Shown here: positions 39,342-47,669 of the stretch, in pieces
Layout: each line of letters begins with the position of its first letter
How positions within the stretch are numbered: the stretch's first letter is position 1
Translations under genes and position numbers: made by a program
Notes under the pieces: model-generated
Database searches by the model: none
What the model was told of the DNA's origin: nothing
Seen by the model: the letters and a program-made list of their open reading frames with translations, nothing else
DNA from: Candidatus Dojkabacteria bacterium
GTDB taxonomy: Bacteria; Patescibacteriota; Dojkabacteria; B142; OLB20
Assembly (NCBI GenBank): GCA_035444565.1
Contig: DAOMOX010000001.1
Location: 450,335-514,334 of the forward strand
Reading direction: 5' to 3'
Length of the DNA: 64,000 nt

Positions 39342-39357
39342 AATACTCATAGAAGAT

Positions 39358-39960
39358 CTAAGAGGTTTCTAAATATTTCCTGTATTCTTTGTCATTATTA
39401 ATGAGTTCGTCAATCGATGTTTTAATTATTTTTGTTCTATTTGTACCTCGATTGAACTGCACCCAATCCAAATAATTCCGTTCATATTGATTTAAAACCA
39501 GATTAAATCGAGTTTTGTTATTATAATCCTGATATTTATTAATAAAAGCAGTGATAATTTTTTCTATGTTGTTTGGTTTGTATTCGGCAATTTCTAAATG
39601 TTCAGAATCAATTCCATGGATGAACATTTGATTAAAGTATCTATGTTTCTTCCCTTGCCATAGAACTAGGGTAGGTTTTTGTTTTTGGAGAGCTAGTGTG
39701 ATTTGATGACCAGTACTGAAGTTTGACACTGTGTCTTCAATAATAACTAATTGTGCTTGATTGATTGCTAATACACATTTTTTATAGATTGCTTTAATAT
39801 CTCTGACATTTAAATCCCCATCATTAATTTTTTCGCCGGTGTGTTTGAGCCAATCTCTAGTTAAAGTGTGATTCTCTTGAACGAGATAATCTCTAATTGC
39901 GAAATATGTTTTCTTGTATCTGTTGAATTCCACAGTGGAGGCGGTGAAGTATATTTTCAT
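39358..39960 (-). CDS. hypothetical protein, possibly with a nucleoside 2-deoxyribosyltransferase-like fold
   Basis: MKIYFTAS... and VIIEDTVSNFSTGHQITLALQKQKPTLVL are reminiscent of kiYlAg...D.GT..E.G.A...kP. This is a weak call. Confidence 0.3.
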   Translation of the reverse strand: MKIYFTASTVEFNRYKKTYFAIRDYLVQENHTLTRDWLKHTGEKINDGDLNVRDIKAIYKKCVLAINQAQLVIIEDTVSNFSTGHQITLALQKQKPTLVLWQGKKHRYFNQMFIHGIDSEHLEIAEYKPNNIEKIITAFINKYQDYNNKTRFNLVLNQYERNYLDWVQFNRGTNRTKIIKTSIDELINNDKEYRKYLETS

Positions 39961-40037
39961 ATGTGGATATTATGTGCATAATGTGCATATATTTTACGAC
40001 TCTGTTATTTTATAATCAAATTAATTAATAAATACTC

Positions 40038-40544
40038 ATGGAAAAAATTGATGAATATCTGGATAAAAACCTGAATTATGTTCCTGCTGTTGCTGGATTT
40101 ATGGTTAAAGATGGGAAGGTATTACTTGGGTTGCGAAAGAAAGTTTCGAATGATTTGGGTAAAGACCTTTATGCAGGAATAGGGGGGAAAGTTGAGGTGA
40201 ATGAATCTACGGATGAATGTTTAGAAAGAGAAATATTAGAAGAAATTGGAGTAAAAGTCACCAAATATCAAAAACTTGGCCAATTAAAATATATTAATCC
40301 GCATAATCCCAAGTGGGATATGGAAGGACATTTCTATTTAATTAGAGAATGGGAAGGCGAACCGCATGAAACAGATGTTATAAAGCCAATCTGGTTTGAC
40401 ATCGAAGAAATCCCAACTGATAACATGTTTAGTGATAATAAATATTGGCTAGACTTGCTCTTCGCAGGGAAGAGCTTCGAAGGAGTATTTTTATTTGGTA
40501 GCGAAAAAAGTCAGGTGGAGGAGTATAGACTCATAGAAATATAA
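40038..40544 (+). CDS. Nudix hydrolase (MutT-like)
   Basis: The Nudix box GIGGKVEVNESTDECLEREILEEIGV is a perfect G-x5-E-x7-REUxEExGU. Confidence 0.75.
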   Translation: MEKIDEYLDKNLNYVPAVAGFMVKDGKVLLGLRKKVSNDLGKDLYAGIGGKVEVNESTDECLEREILEEIGVKVTKYQKLGQLKYINPHNPKWDMEGHFYLIREWEGEPHETDVIKPIWFDIEEIPTDNMFSDNKYWLDLLFAGKSFEGVFLFGSEKSQVEEYRLIEI

Positions 40545-40697
40545 TTCTACAGACAAAATTCTAAAAAATAATCTTCAAGAGTACTCCTATGACTGCAAGT
40601 TGTTTCGCTAGACATCTTAGTGATACTTAATTATCATAATTTATGAATATAGAAATATTAGTTAATTTAATTTCTTATATAGTTAGGTAAAAATAAC

Positions 40698-41600
40698 ATG
40701 AAACACTTCGTTAAACTCAAGTTGTTATTCTTATTATTTATATTTGGTTTATTTTACATACTCTTCGTATATTTCAACAGCACCAACAAAGATATTAAGA
40801 ATCCACAAACAGCATTCGAGTCTTTGCAGTATCATACATGTCCTTATACATTGAAAGTGTCTGGGAAAAATATATCTGCAGATTGGATAGGTGGGGCTTA
40901 CATAGTAGGCGAGGAAGGATACTATTGGATAATTAACAATTGTGAAAAATTTATTGAGTCTAGTCCTCCCATACTCTCAAATTTAGGAATTGCCCCAATT
41001 GATTTCGAAGCCTTCGATCCTGCTACTTTAATGGCTGGTGCTTTCAGGTTCGAACAACCCAAAGATGACCGCAAACCAATTAGTTCTTTTGGAGAAGTAA
41101 AAGAATATAATTATAACTATTCTCTTTCTTTTGATTTTCTCGAACCGGGAACAGATGTAATAGCAGCATTGGATAGTGAAGTACGTGATATTTCTTTCGA
41201 TATGATTAGTTCGAATTATACATTAATATTATCTTATAACGACATTTATCAAATATATTATTCTGGTGTTTTGGACTTGCAAGTATCTGAAGGTGAAAAG
41301 GTTAAAGCTGGTCAAGTATTAGGAAAGCTGGGATTAAATGATGAAGGGGCCTTAGCAAACTTCCAGATAAGAATCTCTAAAGAAAATTTAATTAACGACT
41401 CTACATTATATTATTGTCCCCTTCAATTATTGCCCTCCGAAACCAAAGCAGAATATGAATCTAAATTAAAATTATTAATGGAAGAGTGGGAAAATTTTAT
41501 AGATAATTCAATGATTTATGAAGAGTTGGATTATTCTATACCTGGTTGTATCAATGAGTTTAAACTATACAGACCAGGGCCTGGTCCCGTTCCTCTCTAA
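40698..41600 (+). CDS. membrane-anchored M23/LytM-like domain protein (possibly catalytically degenerate)
   Basis: N-terminal TM. GTDVIAALDSEV ... VSEGEKVKAGQVLGKLG ... FQIRI resembles the M23 G.pV.A...G.V / aGq.iG.vG / HLHFEI blocks, but the His residues are replaced. Confidence 0.4.
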   Translation: MKHFVKLKLLFLLFIFGLFYILFVYFNSTNKDIKNPQTAFESLQYHTCPYTLKVSGKNISADWIGGAYIVGEEGYYWIINNCEKFIESSPPILSNLGIAPIDFEAFDPATLMAGAFRFEQPKDDRKPISSFGEVKEYNYNYSLSFDFLEPGTDVIAALDSEVRDISFDMISSNYTLILSYNDIYQIYYSGVLDLQVSEGEKVKAGQVLGKLGLNDEGALANFQIRISKENLINDSTLYYCPLQLLPSETKAEYESKLKLLMEEWENFIDNSMIYEELDYSIPGCINEFKLYRPGPGPVPL

Positions 41601-41725
41601 TTCAACTCTTCGAGATAAGTGATTTAACTACATTTATTCTATAGAGAATTAAAGTGTGAAAAAGGTTGGCTCGTATGAGAATTAATTTATATGGTAATAT
41701 TTAATTTACTTTTAAATTTTATAAA

Positions 41726-41968
41726 ATGTCTAGTAAGGTTCTAAATTTTTTTGAATCGGCTGGTTTTGGTGTTCTTATGGTTGTGATATTTTGTCTTATA
41801 TATTTTATCTCGACTCCTTTTGTTAAAGTATTTATGGGTGATATCAGAGAGTTTGACCAAGTGCAGACCAGTACAGTTTTAACCACAGTATATATAATGC
41901 TATTAATACTATCCCCACAAGTTTGGTTCTTCTCCACGTTATATTTCTTCGATAGAAATAAAAAATAG
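41726..41968 (+). CDS. small membrane protein, hypothetical
   Basis: 80 aa with 2 TM. The antisense ORF 41719..42003 is judged less protein-like. Confidence 0.25.
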   Translation: MSSKVLNFFESAGFGVLMVVIFCLIYFISTPFVKVFMGDIREFDQVQTSTVLTTVYIMLLILSPQVWFFSTLYFFDRNKK

Positions 41969-42009
41969 GAATTTAGAGAAATCAAGGCAATGATATAACT
42001 CATGTTAAA

Positions 42010-42417
42010 ATGAGTAAATTATTATCATTCATGGACCAATCAGAATTCGAACAACTTGTTAAGAAAGGAATAGAGGAAATTCCTCTGGAATTTAGACAGA
42101 AATTAGACAATGTTGCCATCTTCGTCTCGCCTTACCCAAATCACGAACAACAAATGAAGATAAATTTAAGACCGGGCTGGACTTTGTTTGGACTTTACGA
42201 AGGTGTGCCACTGACTAAAAGAGGTACAAACTACGCAATGGCTATGCCAGACAGGATTACAATTTTTCAAGGGCCGATTCAAAATGCTACGCGAGGAGAT
42301 GTTGATAGAATGCGTGATGTTGTGAAAAATACAGTTTGGCATGAAATCGCACACCACTTTGGGATGGATGAGAATGAAGTGCGTGAGGCTGAGAGGAAGA
42401 GAGGTGTGGGGTATTAA
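42010..42417 (+). CDS. Zincin_1 (DUF1025)-family small HExxH metallopeptidase-like protein
   Basis: VWHEIAHHFGMDENEV is the characteristic C-terminal HEIxHH motif of this ~130-aa family. Confidence 0.6.
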   Translation: MSKLLSFMDQSEFEQLVKKGIEEIPLEFRQKLDNVAIFVSPYPNHEQQMKINLRPGWTLFGLYEGVPLTKRGTNYAMAMPDRITIFQGPIQNATRGDVDRMRDVVKNTVWHEIAHHFGMDENEVREAERKRGVGY

Positions 42418-42424
42418 TTCACAC

Positions 42425-42800
42425 CTAAATAGTAATCGGGATCCCGTGCTTAAAGCACGGAATGACTGCAGGGGCTTTTGACTCTCCTCGTCACTTCGTA
42501 GTTCATCCCGAAAAGGAAATGAACGCCTTCGCGTCTCTCCGTGGTTTAACCGCGGAGTCCCATTTTTCTTCTCACTTGAACTTATAGGTCCTACGAGATC
42601 CCGTGCTTAAAGCACGGGAAGACCTCAGGGGCTTCGACTCTCCTCGTCACTTCGTAGTTCGTCCCGAAAAGGAAATGAACGCCTCCGCGTCTCTCCGCGG
42701 TTTAACCGCGGAGTCCCGTTTTTATTCTCACACGAGCATAAAGGGTATACGGGTTCCCGTGCTTAAAGCACGGGAAGACGGCGGAGTCCCGTACATCCAC
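42425..42800. repeat. GC-rich double-hairpin repeat element cluster, locus 2 (two full tandem units of ~166 bp plus a partial third)
   Basis: Unit = gatCCCGTGCttaaaGCACGGGaagacctcaggggcttcgactctcctcgtcacttcgtagttcgtcccgaaaaggaaatgaacgcctccgcgtCTCCGCGGtttaaCCGCGGAGtcccgtttttattctcac. The units start at ~42428 and ~42594. Confidence 0.7.
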
Positions 42801-42863
42801 TCAATCGACTTCTCTCCATCATGAAATTAGGAGTATAATCAAATAATAATTAATCTTCGCAAA

Positions 42864-43154
42864 ATGAAAAACGAAAACAAATATTGGTTCAAAAGAAAAA
42901 GATATGGATATGGCTGGACACCATCGAGTTTAGAAGGATGGCTGTTAATAGTAGCTTACTTGATTATAATTATTATGGGAGTCATATTATTCTCCGATAA
43001 ACTTGAATCAGGCGATACTTTGTATTCAATTGGATATCTAATTTTCATCATTACAACTACTTCAATCTTGTTACTTTTCACTGTCCGAAAAGCTCCGAAA
43101 GGCAAATGGAGATGGGGGTGGAAAGAAGGTGATGATAAAAGTGAGGATTTTTAA
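42864..43154 (+). CDS. small membrane protein, hypothetical
   Basis: 96 aa with 2 TM and a basic/acidic tail. Its stop overlaps the Nudix start (TAAATG). Confidence 0.4.
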   Translation: MKNENKYWFKRKRYGYGWTPSSLEGWLLIVAYLIIIIMGVILFSDKLESGDTLYSIGYLIFIITTTSILLLFTVRKAPKGKWRWGWKEGDDKSEDF

Positions 43155-43604
43155 ATGCAAACGAAAGATAACGCTCATTTCCACATCGTCACAGTTAAAG
43201 CATGGGTGAAGAAAGGCGATAAATATCTTTTGGCGAGAAGAGGAATGAGTGAAGTTCATATGCCAGGAGTTTGGTCCATTCCGGGCGGAAAAGTCGATGA
43301 CGATGGCGAAACAGTGAATATCTTGCAAGAAACTCTCAAAAGAGAGGTACTCGAAGAAGTTGGTGTTGAGATTACTGACGAAATTGATTTAGTTTACAAT
43401 AACTCCTTCAAACGTTCTGACGGAGCATCGGTAGTGGGACTAACTTTCCTTTGTCATTGGAAGACTGGTGAAGCACAGCCATTGGAGGAAACTTTAGAAG
43501 TAGGTTGGTTCACATTGGATGAGTTGATTGACAAGGAAGATGTAGCGGATTTTTTGAAGAGGGAGATAAGAGCTTTGGCAACTTTTGTGAATTCCTTAGA
43601 ATAG
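43155..43604 (+). CDS. Nudix hydrolase
   Basis: The Nudix box is GGKVDDDGETVNILQETLKREVLEEVGV. Confidence 0.75.
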   Translation: MQTKDNAHFHIVTVKAWVKKGDKYLLARRGMSEVHMPGVWSIPGGKVDDDGETVNILQETLKREVLEEVGVEITDEIDLVYNNSFKRSDGASVVGLTFLCHWKTGEAQPLEETLEVGWFTLDELIDKEDVADFLKREIRALATFVNSLE

Positions 43605-43883
43605 CCCACCTTTTGGCATTCCAGCCTCGGGTTTTCGCTTTTTCTTCTTGCCACATTTAACTTCCACAACTGGTGTAGAATTAAGCATATTCAAAGAATC
43701 CTCTGTTATGGTGTTTAAAACAATACATGCTTCTGTCCCAAAAGCTCCTAATTTTTCATATTTATCTCCTCCCCCCAATAACCAATCAGTAAGTCTAATG
43801 AAACATCTCCCGACAGGCAATATCCCTAGTTCAGTTGTTGGTGGATCAAGTTCTCCCATGAAAAATACGAAATTAAATTGCAT
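43596..43883 (-). CDS. small hypothetical protein with a basic C-terminus
   Basis: 95-aa ORF ending KCGKKKKRKPEAGMPKGGLF. It is chosen over the antisense 43648..43893 ORF on composition only. Confidence 0.2.
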   Translation of the reverse strand: MQFNFVFFMGELDPPTTELGILPVGRCFIRLTDWLLGGGDKYEKLGAFGTEACIVLNTITEDSLNMLNSTPVVEVKCGKKKKRKPEAGMPKGGLF

Positions 43884-43920
43884 TATACTATAGAAATTAG
43901 GTTTTTAGAGCTTTGTTAAC

Positions 43921-44095
43921 ACTTCGCGTTTCTCCGCGGTTAACCTGCCCTGCCGAAAGGGAGGGACCGCGGAGTCCCGTTATTATTCTCACTCGAACTT
44001 ATGGGACATACGGAATCCCGTGGTTAAACCACGGGATGACCTCAGGGTCCAGATTGCTTGCTTAAAGCACGGAATGACCACGGAGTCGAACATTC
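43921..44095. repeat. GC-rich hairpin repeat element cluster, locus 3 (upstream of the heliorhodopsin gene)
   Basis: tCTCCGCGGttaa[cctgccctgccgaaagggaggga]CCGCGGAGtcccgttattattctcac..aacttatggg, then CCCGTGGttaaaCCACGGGatgacctcaggg, then cttaaagcacggaatgacc. Module B carries an inverted copy of the locus-1 insert. Confidence 0.55.
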
Positions 44096-44211
44096 GCCGT
44101 TACTTCGCAGTATAAGTACGAAAAGAACCAAGAATTCATATTCAAATGTTGAGTATTGTCATCCCCTCACCAATATTATAATATACCAATATAATTCATT
44201 ATTTATCCAAA

Positions 44212-44991
44212 ATGAAACTAACGGATTCCCCACAAACGTATCGTAAGCTTAAATTGTACAATCTCGTTATGGGATTTCTACATCTTTTGCAAGGTGTTTT
44301 GATGGTCGTTGTCAGTAATGACACATCAGCGAAGTTAACTACTGAGTTTTTGAAGTTTGATACACAGGCGATGCAGGTATTGCAAGAGAAAGAGGTCCTC
44401 TTTGAATTGCCATTAGGTTATTCAGTAGCAGTTTTCCTGTTTATGTCCGCTTTGGCTCATTTCATTATTGGCACAGTATATTTCCCCAAATATGTTGAAA
44501 ATCTTAAAAAAGGTGCTAATTACGCTAGATGGATTGAATATGCATTTAGTTCGTCATGGATGATTGTGATTATCGGGATTTTGGTTGGAATGTTTGATGC
44601 CCCAAGTTTGATTTTACTGTTCTTCTTGAACATGATGATGATTTTGTTTGGATATGTTATGGAATTGCATAATCAAACGACATCCAAGACAGATTGGACA
44701 TCATTCATCTATGGTTGTATCGCAGGTGCAGTTCCTTGGGTAGTGATGGGTTGGTATTTCTATGGGGCAGTTCAAAACACAAATGAAGTCGCAGTTGTTC
44801 CAAACTTTGTTTACGGAATTTTCATCTCGCTACTAGTCTTCTTCAATGTTTTCGCTATCAATATGATCCTGCAATACAAAAGAGTTGGAAGATGGAAAAA
44901 TTATCTTTTTGGAGAGGTAGTCTATATTGCTCTAAGTTTAGTAGCTAAATCATTACTAGCTTGGCAAGTATGGAGTGGGACACTTCGCTAG
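44212..44991 (+). CDS. heliorhodopsin (7-TM microbial rhodopsin with inverted topology)
   Basis: 259 aa with 7 TM. Near-collinear motif identity with the type heliorhodopsin 48C12 as recalled: LYNLVMGFLHLLQG, RWIEYAFSSSWMIV, FIYGCIAGAVPW, VPNFVYGIFISLLVFFN, and QYKRVGRWKNYLFGEVVYIALSLVAKSLLAWQVWSGTL with the TM7 Schiff-base Lys (SLVAKS). Confidence 0.85.
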   Translation: MKLTDSPQTYRKLKLYNLVMGFLHLLQGVLMVVVSNDTSAKLTTEFLKFDTQAMQVLQEKEVLFELPLGYSVAVFLFMSALAHFIIGTVYFPKYVENLKKGANYARWIEYAFSSSWMIVIIGILVGMFDAPSLILLFFLNMMMILFGYVMELHNQTTSKTDWTSFIYGCIAGAVPWVVMGWYFYGAVQNTNEVAVVPNFVYGIFISLLVFFNVFAINMILQYKRVGRWKNYLFGEVVYIALSLVAKSLLAWQVWSGTLR

Positions 44992-45584
44992 GCTTTTTTG
45001 TGAAGAGCCCAGTAGTACCTATGAAATACTGGGCGAATTAGCAGATGCGTTATGAAAGAAAATAAAATAAATTGCATTATCATTACAAACTGATCAGCTA
45101 GTAACTTTGTATCTGCACCGATAAAGATTGCGAACAATATTAGAAATAAACTAATCCCAATTTGAACAAAGTACTTCACAGGTAATTTATTCATTAACCA
45201 GGGTTCTTCCCCAAACCACCATACAGCTTTCGGAACAAATTTCTCCCAACCCTAATAAGGATTTAAAATAAACCATAGCAAATCCCAGAACATTGTCCAA
45301 ACTAAATAAATTGCCAAAAGTTCCAATTCGGCAATTAATGTAAATTCAATCCCGAAAAAGAAAGGAGAGTGCATAAAAAGAAATAGAAAGATATTTAAGA
45401 ACAAGTGATATCCAGTTAGAACTTTAGCACCTGTAAAAAGTCGAAATATTTTAGGAGGCATAAATTCTCTGCTCCACGTCGCGCTTTTTTCTGCCCATCC
45501 ATACTTACCTTCAAGCTCAATCTCAAATAGAGCAATGCTTAGTGCAACACAAAACCAGAATAGTGAAATTATCAACATATACAT
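44988..45584 (-). CDS. membrane protein encoded as two in-frame ORFs separated by a single TAG (110 aa, then TAG at 45252-45254, then 19 codons, then the 68-aa ORF)
   Basis: ..WFILNPY-TAG-GWEKFVPKAVWWFGEEPWLMNKLPVKYFVQIG.. all lie in one frame. Hydrophobic helices lie on both sides. It could be one interrupted gene or two adjacent genes. Confidence 0.35.
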
Positions 45585-45694
45585 TTATTAATTTCTTAAT
45601 AATACAAAAATAACTTTTTTAACACAAAAATAGATATGTGGTATATAATATTTATATAGTTAAGTTGTTTTATTTTATTTATTAATTATTTAAT

Positions 45695-46393
45695 ATGAAA
45701 TTTTTAAAAATACAAGCAGTAATAATGGCATTGGTTTTAGTTACCATTCCTTTCTTAGGAATTAAAGACGTCAATGCATTCACAAGTTATAAAAGGACCG
45801 AGGGATACAACATCACTCTTGAAAGACAAGCAGTTGTGGGTAAAGGTGACAAATTATCACTTGAAGCAAAATTCTTCAATTCACAAAATGCAGACAGCTA
45901 CAAATGGAATTGGAATATTTGTGGAACAAAATCTACAACAACTACCACTACTTGGTATGCTAAGAAAAACTTTACATTTAAAAATGTCGGCAACTGTGTA
46001 GTTACAGTCGATGGTCAGGCTATTTATGAAGCAAAGATGGTGAATGGTCAACCTACAGATGGAGTGATTATTCCAGGAACTGTTACAGACACAGTAAAGG
46101 TTCTTCCTTCAGAAACAGTAACAGTAAACATAGCAGGACCTTCTAGTGCAAAAGTAGGTCAGACATTTTGGCTAGAATCTGCTTATAGTGGAGCAAGTAA
46201 CTATAATAAATTGAACTGGAAATGGAGTTCAAAAGGAGTATGTAAGGGAACAAGTGAATGGGGTCAACCTACAACCAAAATTGGTGAGACCGGTGATTCA
46301 AAGGGAACATGTACAAAAACTCTTAATTTAAGAGTTGAGTATCCAAATAAAGTCGTAAAAGGTGTTGCAGTGAAGAATATTAGTATTTACTAA
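45695..46393 (+). CDS. secreted protein with two W-x-W / paired-Cys beta-sandwich-like repeats
   Basis: Signal peptide. Repeats: YKWNWNICGTKST..NCVVTVDG and NKLNWKWSSKGVCKGT..GTCTKTLNL. Confidence 0.45.
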   Translation: MKFLKIQAVIMALVLVTIPFLGIKDVNAFTSYKRTEGYNITLERQAVVGKGDKLSLEAKFFNSQNADSYKWNWNICGTKSTTTTTTWYAKKNFTFKNVGNCVVTVDGQAIYEAKMVNGQPTDGVIIPGTVTDTVKVLPSETVTVNIAGPSSAKVGQTFWLESAYSGASNYNKLNWKWSSKGVCKGTSEWGQPTTKIGETGDSKGTCTKTLNLRVEYPNKVVKGVAVKNISIY

Positions 46394-46410
46394 TAGCTAA
46401 AGAAAAGATT

Positions 46411-46439
46411 AAAAGGGCTCCTTAGGGAGCCCTTTTTTG
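46411..46439 (+). terminator. rho-independent terminator
   Basis: aaaagggctcc-ttag-ggagccc followed by tttttt. Confidence 0.7.
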
Positions 46440-46477
46440 TTGCATAAGCTATAATCTTATAAATTATCAATCTAAGC

Positions 46478-47161
46478 ATGGATAATGTCGATAAATATGC
46501 GAAAACCCTCTGGGATTATCACCACTTAAATCATGAAGTTAAGAAGGCGGATATATTGATGTGTTTTACATCTCTAGATTTATCGGTTGCCAAATACTGT
46601 GCTAAATTATTTCATAAAAACTATGCACCTCTGGTTTTAATCTCTGGTGGAAATGCTACCAATAAATGGATTCCAGACGAGGAAAATTTACAGCGTACAA
46701 ATTGGGGTACTGATTCGGAGGCAGAGAAATATTATGAAGTAGTTCTCGAGAATGGTGTCCCAAAGGAATCAATTTTGCTCGAAACCAAATCGACAAATTC
46801 TGGGGAAAACGTTACTTTCTCATATGAAATTCTCAAAGAGAAAAATTTAATTCCTAGAGCAGTGATATTAGTTCATAAACCTACTATGGAAAGAAGGGCA
46901 TATGCTGTTTTTAAGAACTATTGGCCTATTAAAAATACTAAATTGATGGTAACTTCAATGCCTATCACTTATGAGGATTACGTAGGGAAAGTAATTGATC
47001 GAGATGTAATAATTAATATTATGGTCGGAGACCTTCAAAGAATCAAATTGTATCCAGAAATGGGTTTTCAAGTTAATCAAGAAATTCCTGATGAAGTCTC
47101 GGTTGCATACGAGGAATTAGTTAAACGAGGTTACGATAAACATTTAATCGCGAAGAAATGA
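46478..47161 (+). CDS. DUF218 (YdcF/ElyC-like) domain protein
   Basis: ADILMCFTSLD...PLVLISGGNA...SEAEKYYEVVLENGVPKESILLETKSTNSGENVTFS...AVILVHKPTMERRA matches the DUF218 pattern (..ivVLGg....SGG....sEA..m...l...Gvp...i..E..S.nT.eNa...lVTs..Hm.R). Confidence 0.55.
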   Translation: MDNVDKYAKTLWDYHHLNHEVKKADILMCFTSLDLSVAKYCAKLFHKNYAPLVLISGGNATNKWIPDEENLQRTNWGTDSEAEKYYEVVLENGVPKESILLETKSTNSGENVTFSYEILKEKNLIPRAVILVHKPTMERRAYAVFKNYWPIKNTKLMVTSMPITYEDYVGKVIDRDVIINIMVGDLQRIKLYPEMGFQVNQEIPDEVSVAYEELVKRGYDKHLIAKK

Positions 47162-47200
47162 ATCACTGATAAGTGTATAATTAATAAAATATTTCATATC

Positions 47201-47662
47201 ATGAACACTTTCAATAACGTAATATTCGGACAAAAAGCTTTTATCATTAACGATGAAGGGGAGATTTTAATTGTTAAACGCGACAAAGAATTAATTTATG
47301 TAAATAAATGGGATGTGCCAGGTGGAAAACTAGATAATGATGAAACTTTGTTTGAGGCCCTGAATCGTGAAATTAAAGAGGAAGTTGGTCTAAAATTAGA
47401 TAAAATAATCTGTACATTATCCAGCTCGAAGTTCAAAGGTAAACTTGGAAATGACCTAATTGTATATAGAAATATTTATTTATGTAGTGCCAAAGGAAAA
47501 GTAGAATTAAGCGCAGAACATTCTGAATATAAATGGGTAAAGCCAGAAGATTTGTCTAATTATGAATTTGCAGATGACAAAGATTTAGCTGATATCATAA
47601 AGTCGCTTCCAGAAATTCTATTAAATTTAAATACAAATATTTCATATTCAAAATTAATTTAA
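47201..47662 (+). CDS. Nudix hydrolase
   Basis: The Nudix box is GGKLDNDETLFEALNREIKEEVGL. Confidence 0.65.
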   Translation: MNTFNNVIFGQKAFIINDEGEILIVKRDKELIYVNKWDVPGGKLDNDETLFEALNREIKEEVGLKLDKIICTLSSSKFKGKLGNDLIVYRNIYLCSAKGKVELSAEHSEYKWVKPEDLSNYEFADDKDLADIIKSLPEILLNLNTNISYSKLI

Positions 47663-47669
47663 AAAAGCT

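Noticed and set aside
42425-42800. CRISPR array interpretation of the tandem GC-rich repeats
   Set aside because: The repeat period is about 166 bp and adjacent units are nearly identical over their full length. There is no alternation of short repeats with unique spacers, and there are no cas genes.
42603-42824. 73-aa ORF (MLKAREDLRGF...) and the similar 44058..44246 ORF
   Set aside because: Both lie entirely inside the GC-rich repeat units. Their MLKAR start comes from the hairpin sequence (c)GTGcttaaagcacgg. They are most likely repeat artefacts, not genes.
43648-43893. 81-aa plus-strand ORF overlapping 43596..43883
   Set aside because: Only one of the two fully overlapping antisense ORFs can be real. 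The plus-strand translation is Ser/Pro-rich and low-complexity. Neither ORF is well supported.
22860-45600. Possible stop-codon reassignment (TAG or TAA read as sense), suggested by three in-frame stops in conserved genes
   Set aside because: TAG terminates copA, the heliorhodopsin gene, a Nudix gene (43155..43604) and the ComF gene exactly where homologs end. TAA terminates most genes. TGA also terminates conserved genes (the response regulator, TatD-adjacent genes). So the window uses the standard code, and the in-frame stops are local lesions or errors.
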